64,000 nucleotides of DNA from the human T2T-CHM13v2.0 reference genome, Homo sapiens, in assembly GCF_009914755.1 (NCBI RefSeq), contig NC_060937.1; one strand, given 5' to 3'. Below the pieces are notes generated by a model. The model had not been told where the DNA came from. It saw nothing but the letters and a program-made list of their open reading frames with translations, and did not search any database. Of the stretch, positions 55,265 through 64,000 are shown piece by piece (position 1 is the stretch's first letter; each line of letters begins with the position of its first letter). The position numbers were made by a program, and so were the translations under genes.

Positions 55265-56849
55265 CTTTTTTTTGTTGTTATTGTTGTTTGTTTTAACTTC
55301 TATTTTAAGTTCAGGGGTACATGTGCAGGATGTGCAGGTTTGTTACATAGGTAAGTATGTGTGATGGGGATTTGTTGCACAGATTATTTCATCACTCAGG
55401 CATTAACCCTAGTCTCCATTAGTTATTTTTACTGATCCTCTCTCCTCCCACCCTGAACCCTCTGACAGGCCCCAGTGTGTGTTGTTCCCCTCTATGTGTC
55501 CATGTGTTATCATCATTTAGCTCCTACTTATAAGTAAGAACATGCAGCATTGGGTTTTCTGTTACTATGTTAGTTTGCTAAGGATAATGGCATCAAGCTC
55601 CATTCATGTCCCTGCAAAGGACATGCTTGCATTCTTTTTTATGGCTATATAGTATTTCATGGTGTACATGTACCACATTTTGTTTATCCCATCTATCATT
55701 GATGGCCACTTGGGTTAATTCCATGTCTTTGTTATTGTGAAAGAGTGCTGCAATGAACATACGTGTGTATGTCTTTACAACAGACTGATTTATATTCCTT
55801 TGGATATATACCCAGTAATGGGATTGCTGGATTGAATGGTATTTCTGTTTTTAGGTCTTTGAGGAATCACCACACTGTCTTCTATATAGCTGAGCTAATT
55901 TACACTTCCACCAGCTGTGTAAGTGTTCCTTTTTCTCCACAACCTCACCAGGATCTGTTATTTTTTTGGCTTTTTAATAATAGCTATTCTGACTGGCGTG
56001 AGGTAGTACCTCACTGTCGTTTTGAGACTTACATGTTCGTTGGCTGCATGTATGACTTCTTTTGAGAAGTGTCATTAAAATGGCCATATTACCCAAAGCA
56101 AAAAATAGATTCAATGCTATTCCCATTACTACCATTGACATTCTTCACAGAACTAGAAACAAAAACTTAAAATTCATGTGGAACTCAAAAAGAGCCCAAA
56201 TAGTCAAGGCAATCCTAAGCAAAAAAGAACAAAGCTTGGAAGCATCACGCTAGCCAACTTCAAACTATACAACAGGGCCACAGTAACCAAAACTGCATAG
56301 TACTGGTACAAAACAGAGACACGGACTGAAGCAACAGGATAGAGAAATAAGACTGCACACCTACAACTATCTGATCTTTGATAAACCTGACAAAAACAAG
56401 CAACGGGAAAAGAATTCCCTATTCAATAAATGGTGATGGGATAAGTAGCTAGCCATATGCAGAAAATTGAAACTGGACCCCTTCCTTAAACTATATATAA
56501 AAATTAACACGAGATGGACTAAGGAGTTAAATGTAAAAACGAAAACCATAAAAACCCTGGAAGACAACCTAGGCAATACCATTCAGGACATAAGCACAGG
56601 CAAAGATTTCATGACGAAGGTGCCAAAAGCAACTGCAACAAAAACAATTGACAAATGGAATCTAATTAAACTAAAGAGCTTCTGCACAGCCAAAGAAACT
56701 ATCAACAGAGTAAACAGACAACCTACAAAATGGGAGAAAACATTTGCAAACTATGCATTTGAAAAAGGTCTAATATCCAGCATCTATAAGGAAATTAAAT
56801 TTACAAAAGAAAAAATAAACGCCATTAAAAAGTGGGCAAAGGATATGAA
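55265..56849 (-). mobile_element. L1PA13-like LINE-1 with 5' inversion (twin priming), inserted in a MIR
   Basis: Antisense 3' part 55265-56073, sense ORF2 part 56072-56851 (KLDPFL...[22 protein letters not shown]); TSD CAGTTCTGCCTAATTT at 55249-55264 and 56850-56865. Confidence 0.93.
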
Positions 56850-57376
56850 CAGTTCTGCCTAATTTTAATGCCTATATTCTTTGCATACTCATTATCATTT
56901 ATTCACCATTTATTGAGAATCTACTATGTATTCTATGTTAAGCTAAGCATCAGACATAGAAATATGAACAAAACTTAGGCATTGGGACTATTGTTAAACA
57001 AAATCAGCATAAAACCAGGGAAGTTTTATGTCAGCCTCAGAGTATAAAAAAGATAGTATCATAGTGAGTAAGGCAGCAATAATTTTACTAGCTCCAAACC
57101 CCAACATACGTGGACTTATAAAGCTTGATTTAAATCTTGATTTAGGTAAAGAGCTGTAAGGCCTGGAGTAACTTACTCTCTTAACCTCACCTTTTGCTCA
57201 TCTGTAAAAGTGGATTTACCTCAAAAAGGTTATTCTGAATTCCAAATGAATTAACCTATACAACAAAACACTGGCCATTATAGTAGTTGCTCATTCTACA
57301 CAAACTCTTATCTTCAAATACATTCTAAGTTTAGTTGCCATCCTCAGAAATATACAAGGCCTATCTTCTTCATTTA

Positions 57377-57706
<330 letters not shown>

Positions 57707-57710
57707 TTAC

Positions 57711-57800
57711 CTGATATCTAGAATTCTTTGACCAGAACTGGTGCCCATGACAACAACGGCCTGGGGTCATCTTAGTAGAGATCCTGCTCAAGAAGGTGGC
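57711..57800 (-). other. Candidate 90-nt minus-strand exon
   Basis: Long C/T-rich acceptor ...ccccttgctttggcAG, donor CAG|GTAATT; phase-0 frame open (ATFLSRISTKMTPGRCCHGHQFWSKNSRYQ). Confidence 0.28.
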
Positions 57801-59312
57801 CTGCCAAAGCAAGGGGACCACAGAGGCAAGAGGGTGGGGGTGAATGGGGAATGAGTGGGATCAGGAGTGGCTGGCTGTAGGAGTAGAAAAAGCTCAGCAG
57901 AGGAGCCTCCAGGGAAACAGCGAGCTCTGTGGACTGGCCAGACCCAAGGCATGCCAACTTGCTAAAGCAGTACCTAAATTGCTTAAGAACTGTCTTACTC
58001 CTTTAGCTTTCTTCTCCCTCCTTGTACTGGAGAAGGGAGGGGCTGTTATGACAGGCAGGCCCCCACCAAGACGGATTTACCCTACTGTCAAATACTAAGA
58101 CTACTAAAAAGAGGATATGCACAAGGGAATATATTCCTCAACTGATGAAAACCTATAATCCCACTAATCCATGAAGGTATCTTTAAGTGGCACCACTTTA
58201 AAAATCTACTCCTTCACATAACAGCTTGCAACACCCATAAGGGAATTCTTTAGATCAAGTCACTTCTGCATCTGTTCCAGTAACAGTTACAGACTGACTT
58301 GAAATGTATCTTTTCAAATTTTGAAAAGTCAGTTTGACCACTGTACATATTTACCTATATGCCTCCTTGTATACTGAGATATTTTCCCTAACACATCATC
58401 TGTCCATAAAAACTTGACTATGTTTACAACCAATGGCTTTCTCACTTTTGGAAGCTTTGCTTCCTTTTTTTCCCCCTTTTTGAATTTTTCTTTTTACAGA
58501 ATAGAAGCAATACAATTATATGTATTAAGAACATTTCAGGGCTGACATTTAAACGCTCTCCTTACTGGCCTCCCATCTCTCCTGATCATGTTTCTTAAGA
58601 ACTATCCCTCGTGCTTAGGTCCAAAGTATCAAAATTAACAACTGTTAGTAGAGGGATTAGTAAAGGGATTTGAAGGTTTGAATTTGCGTTTTGTTAAGAA
58701 TGTGATCCTTTAGAATAATGTGCTGTATAAAATAAACTGACTACGTTTCATCTACTGAATTGCAGTTCGAATCTTGAATGTATTTGGCATCCTAATACTG
58801 AACTGTTGGAGGCTGCATGGTATAATACAAAAACCACATCAAATACAAGAGTCAGAAATTTTTTACTCCATATGTAACACTGTGAGCTGATGCCTTAACT
58901 CCTCTAAGTATTCATTTGTTAATTGGGAATACTAATACCAACATGTGCCCTCACAATACCCTTTTGAGTATTAATGATTACAGCACCGGTGCTAGTAGCA
59001 TCAGAAGTACAATGGTCACTGTGGTATTCAGGTCTACTTCAGTATTACTCTGGAACAGGCATTTTGTGAACTGCTTTTACATATAGAACTTATTTAGTAA
59101 CCACAGACATCTACTAAATATGTTTATTTTATTGATTTTAAATAGAGAAAACTGAGACATAGAGAGATTAAACATAAAGTAAATATCAAAACTGAGATTT
59201 GAATCCAAATCTGCTTATCCCAATGTACATCCTCTTTATCACAGCGCTACAGAGACTCCTGCAAAGCACTACTCAAACATAATGGAGGACCCTGAAAAAT
59301 ACACAAGAGTAT

Positions 59313-59571
59313 AAAGTCAACCCTCTGAATCCACAAATTCAACTAACTGTGATTCAAATATATTCAGAAAAAAAAGTTCTAGAAAGTTCCAACAAACAAA
59401 ACTTGGATTTGCTGTGCACCGACAACTTGAATCCACATGAATGAAGTGATGTGTAGGCACTGTATTTGGTATGATCAATAATCTAGAGGATGTGCCTAGG
59501 TTACATGCAGACACTATGCCATGTTTGTAGGAGATTTGAACCAATCTCCTACAAATACTAAAGGATGACTC
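59313..59571 (-). mobile_element. MER2B-like Tigger element, internally deleted
   Basis: AAGTTCCAACAAACAAAACTTGGATTTGC...GAATGAAGTGATGTGTAGGCA...AATCTAGAGGATGTG. Confidence 0.75.
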
Positions 59572-59769
59572 TACTTACATGCCAATAATGAAACTTCAGC
59601 AGATATACACCATTCACATTTTTGATAATGTGTATACACTCATTTATCTACTTATTCGAGGTTATGGTACAGAATTGTTTCAGACTATTCTTTGTTTCCT
59701 TAAAAATATACCCCATGTAAGAACCATTACGGAATATTTTAAGCACAGCATTTAAGAAATACCTATTTT

Positions 59770-59975
59770 TGAGTCAGAAAGATCTGAGTTCCAATTCACC
59801 TCTACCATATTATACCTATGAGACTGTACACTAATGATTTCATCTCTTTCTCTTTACCTTGGAGATGAGAATAATCTGACTTGTTTCCTAGAACTGTTGT
59901 AAGAGTTAAATAAGATAATAGATAGTACCTGTCACATACAGAGTGCTCAGTAAGTGATGTCTGAGAATATTAATT
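59770..59975 (+). mobile_element. MIR SINE
   Basis: GAGTCAGAAAGATCTGAGTTC...GTTGTAAGAGTTAAATAAGATAAT...GTGCTCAGTAA. Confidence 0.7.
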
Positions 59976-60979
59976 ACAGTGATAGCACTGGTGACATTTA
60001 ATTAGCCTGTTTGCTGGGATTTCCCAGATGCTAAGTCTAACACCAAGCACGAAGTTCTTCTACAGTTTGTAAAATTAGCAAACAATGGAAATTTAAGCAA
60101 TAAATAAAAAATGCCACAGAAGGAAGTAAAAGCAAACTTAATTTTAACTTAGGTATCCTGAGAAAAATTTCATCAAGTTGTATATAAAGGGTCAAGAAAC
60201 GTACCGCAAGCTGGAATTAGGTAACTTATCTACCTTTATTTAACAAGTTAGAATCACTTGATCTATATTAGAGAAAAAATATATTTACTTCCCCCTTCAT
60301 ATTTTTCACACTATTATAAAGGAATAGAGGTCAGGAAATGAGGAAATAAATAAGAAGAGATGAACAAAGAAGGTGTAGCCCCAAAGCATGAAGGCCATTT
60401 TCTCAAAGATTGTTGGTGAACAGCTCAAGGAATCTATGCCCAAGGCTGGGAAGAGAAAAGAAACAATAAGGATGATGAGCAGATAGGGGTAAGGGTAAGT
60501 GGTGACCTGGAATTGTAGGAAACCAAGGTGACTAGTTATTTGTTCTGCCTCACTCTAGCTGTTAACGGATCATTTTTACAGCTTGACCCACTGTTACTCC
60601 TGACAAGACAAACATGATCAACTTAAAGAAGACTTTAAAATGAAGCAGGTGCTTTCTGAAAGAAAATGAATGAGTATAAGGGCTGGGGTAGTTAGGAAAG
60701 AAGAAATACAAAGGGAAGCTTTTTTCTTGAGTTTTCTTTCTTTATAGGCATACTTTGAAAAGTGTATCTATAGAGAACAAACACATAAACAAAAAATCTG
60801 AGTGAATATCTATAGAGGGGAAAGAAAAAAATTATACTCTTGCAGCATTTATGCTATTGTACTACATAGGTGAGTTTCTCATATTCCACCTAATGAAAGT
60901 ATTACAGATTTACGTGTATCTCAGAGAGACAAAAACAGAAGACAAAACTGTAAGTATTGCTAGCAGTAAGAAAGTGGGG

Positions 60980-61243
60980 GGCCAGGCGCAGTGGCTCATG
61001 CCTGTGATCCTAGCACTTTGGGAGGCTGAGAAGGGGGAATCACTTGAGCCCAGGAGTTCATGACCAGCTGGCAACATAGTGAGATCCTGTTTCAAAAAAT
61101 AAAAATTGGTCAGGCAGGAGCTGAGGTGGAAGGATTGCTTGAGCCCAGGAGGTTGAGGCTGCAGTAAGCCGTGATTGCACCACTGCCTTCCAGCCTGGGC
61201 AACAAAGCAAAAAAAAAAAAGAAAGAAAGAAAAGAGAAAAAAG
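60980..61243 (+). mobile_element. AluJ with internal deletion in the right arm
   Basis: GGCCAGGCGCAGTGGCTCATGCCTGT...GAGCCCAGGAGGTTGAGGCTGCAG...; A/GA tail. Confidence 0.88.
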
Positions 61244-61324
61244 AGGGTTACAAAATACAACTTTTAATGAGATATTCCACTCTATAATTCTAAACAACTG
61301 TATCATCTTAAATAAATTCAAAAT

Positions 61325-62000
61325 GACATAGGGGGTAAAATATTTCCTACCTATTGCATGGTTCATGACTGAGACCCCTATAACGAAAGACATATTAACA
61401 ACAGAAAAGCATATTGTATTAGTCTTTTCTCATGCTGCTAATAAAGACATACCCAAGACTGGGTAATTCATAAAGGAAAGAGGTTTAATGGACTCACAGT
61501 TCCACACGGCTGGGGAGGCCTCCCAATCATGGCAGAAGGAGAAGGAAGAGCAAAGAGACTTCTTACATGGAAGTCAGCAAGAGAGCTTGTGCAGGGGAAC
61601 TCCCATTTATAAAACCATCAGATCTCATGAGACTTATTCACTATCATGAAAACAGTATGAGAGAAACCACCCCCATGATTTAATTATCTCTACCTGGCCC
61701 CACCCTAGACACGTGGGGATTATTACAATTCAAGGTGATATTTGGGAGGGGACACAGCCAAATCACATACATATTTATTTAATGTAAGTTTTACATGACA
61801 GGTGAAACTTCAGAAATGAAGACCCAAAGAAACAGGAAAATTTGCATATTTTTATGCTTAGGTTTGATGAAAAGTGGATAGTCAAGCAGATAAACTGTGG
61901 AGAATTTATGAAGGCCTGTTTGTTCAGATTCTTCCTAATGTCTCTGTGCATCCTTCTGGGTAACAGGGAGGACTTTTCTGGTTCTTATGACTTACCTTAG
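61325..62000 (-). mobile_element. ERV1-class LTR (MER34/MER39-like) split by THE1
   Basis: ATTAACAACAGAAAAGCATA|...|TTTATTTAATGTAAGTTTTACATGAC...AATGAAGACCCAAAGAAACAGG...GGCCTGTTTGTTCAGATTCTTC. Confidence 0.55.
61415..61769 (-). mobile_element. THE1C-like MaLR solo LTR
   Basis: TGTATTAGTC...GCTAATAAAGACATACCCAAGACTGGG...GGGAACTCCCATTTATAAAACCATCAGATCTC; 5-bp TSD CATAT. Confidence 0.92.
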
Positions 62001-62063
62001 ATCAATCCACAGATGAGTAGTAATCTAAAAGGGCTGGCTTCTGATGTAAGCATGGATGCTGCT

Positions 62064-62239
62064 AAAAGAAGAAAAGAAAAGAAAGAAAAGGAAAGAGAAA
62101 AGAAAAGAAAGAAAAGAAGAAAAGAGAAAAAAGAGAAAGGAAAGAAGGAAGGAAGGAAAAAGGAAAGGAAAGGAAAGGAAGAAAGGAAGGAAGAAAGGGA
62201 GAAAGGGAGAAAGAAAAGAAAAGAAAGAAAAGAAAGAAG
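62064..62239. repeat. Pure purine (GAAA/GGAA)n tract, 176 nt
   Basis: Only A and G on the + strand across the interval. Confidence 0.95.
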
Positions 62240-62439
62240 CAGATCAAGACATGTCTCTTCTACACAGTAGGTCCTGTTTTTACTTTTTATGCTTATATTT
62301 GATGTTGATATTTAAGTAGCTTTGACAATTCATCCTTCATAAGTTGACATGACTCAACAGAAATAAAGAAATGATAGATTTTGGGGTACGCATTTTCAAA
62401 GAGAACACCACATTTTGAATCTTAATGAAATGTTGGAAT

Positions 62440-62960
62440 GTGAAATAAAGAGGCAACATTCCTAGAAGGTGAAAGAATTGTACAGAGTTGAAAAGTGTGG
62501 ATCACACTGGGAACTGCCAGTGGCTCAATTATAGCCAGGCAGTGGAATCTGGTGATGGAGTGGGATGAAATAAGCCTAGGAGGCACAAACAAAATCATGT
62601 GGGGAATTCACATTCTAAACTACTGGAACTTACACAGACAGCCCAAGAAAAGATTTGTATTTTTTGATGATCTCTTTGGCAGTGATAGTATGAAGGAATG
62701 AAATGGACAGGAGGACAACTGGAGGAAGGGAGAATGATTGGGATGTTACTGCAACAAAGCAGTCTGGAAATGAAGTTGGCCTGAGATAAAGCAGTGGCAC
62801 TCAAAGAGACGGAAGACCAGACTTGAGCAACCTTAAGGAGATAGAATAAATCATGCTTGGTGACAAATGTGGTATGTATGTAGTAGTGGTCGTGAGTAAG
62901 GCAAAGGAGGAAGTTTCCAACATGGGGGAGCAAGTTGGGTTGGTGTTTGGGAGGTGAGAT
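62440..62960 (-). mobile_element. L2 LINE fragment
   Basis: CATTCCTAGAAGG...ATCTCTTTGGCAGTG...GGCCTGAGATAAAGCAGTGGC...CTTGGTGAC. Confidence 0.6.
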
Positions 62961-63933
62961 AAGAGGACAGAGATGTACCTTGTTGGGGGTGGATGACAAC
63001 ACCCAAGGAGAGAATGCTCTCACCCTGGCCTCACCCCTTAAAGGTCTGTGTGAGAGCCCAAACTAAGAACGGCCAAGAAAAGTGCAAATATTCCTTTTCT
63101 GAACATTTTAAAGAAAAAGTGGCATATTATCTTTCTCTAATGGCCCTTCACAGATCTACTGAAGGGTCTCTTCTAGCCCTTTTGATTCTATGACAACTGC
63201 CTTTTTCAGAGTTATATGGGATGCTTGGGGAATTAATGGGATATTTGTAAAGCATTTTCATTTCCTTTAAAGTTTTTATTTACAATCCATTTACATACAT
63301 TTAAATGCAGCTGGAAAAGCATATTTAAATTCAATTTCCTTTGAAATTGCCAAGGGACTGCAACAGGGAGAATAAAAAAAGCACTTTAATAGAGGAAAAA
63401 AGTCTACACCCCACAGGCATCACTGTCCCTTTCTTGTCTCAAAATACACACATATACACACATAATCAAGTAAAATGGTGGCAAATCATGCTATTCTTAC
63501 ATTAAATTTGTTAGGATCGACTTTTTATTTTGGGGGTTAAGTTTCTATATTTCTAAACAACTATACGGGTCCTGGTCACATATGTTCATTTTGAGAAAAA
63601 TACATTGAACTGTGCCCTATGACTTGTACATTTTCTGCATGTATATAACTTTTCAGTAAAATAATAATAACCACCACCAAAAATAAAACCCCACATTTTA
63701 ATGATGGTTATGAATTAATCTGATACCAGATGATGACATGATATCCAATTATTGCACAGATTATATTGGTCAATTATCTGAAAACTATGACTCAGGGACA
63801 GGTGACATTATGAGTAGAAATAATATCCACCAAGTTCAGTTAATACATACTATGTGCTGGGTATTCTGTTAGGCATTAGGGAATCAACGATGAAGAAGAT
63901 GGTCTCTGCCCTCCAAGAGGGCACACTCCATTA

Positions 63934-64000
63934 CAAGCTTGTCCAACTTGTGGCCCAGGATGGCTTTGAATGTGGCCCAACACAAATTTGTAAACTTTCT
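63934..64000 (+). mobile_element. MER107-like hAT-Charlie element (cut by the window end)
   Basis: CAAGCTTGTCCAAC...GGCCCAGGATGGCTTTGAATGTGGCCCAACACAAATTTGTAAACTTTCT. Confidence 0.75.

Noticed and set aside
56062-56862. 63- and 131-aa ORFs
   Set aside because: These are frameshifted L1 ORF2 fragments within the inverted segment.
62013-62319. Lys/Arg/Glu-rich ORFs
   Set aside because: They are translations of the purine microsatellite.

Overview
AT-rich, CpG-poor primate genomic DNA, very probably human because it carries a near-consensus AluYa5-lineage element. Much of it is recognisable transposable-element debris: Alu J/S/Y, L1PA3-like and L1PA13-like 3' ends, old L1M/HAL1, L2, MIR, MaLR/ERVL/ERV1 solo LTRs, and Tigger/hAT DNA-transposon fossils. 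There is no CpG island, no long ORF and no tRNA, rRNA or CRISPR array. It reads like intron sequence of a large gene, tentatively on the minus strand. The best exon candidate is 36377-36449 (-), with weaker short candidates at 57711-57800, 54373-54400, 48301-48354 and 21660-21710. I could not name the gene. The most notable structures are a perfect 39-bp inverted repeat (51843-51926), a near-precise twin-primed L1 inversion with TSDs, a very young Alu nested in an old Alu, an L1PA3 with a possible short 3' transduction, a CTCF-like site with an upstream motif, and several motif-dense non-repeat blocks that look like enhancers. I found no evidence of a new multi-gene system. Repeat names come from recalled consensus sequences, and boundaries of old elements are approximate.
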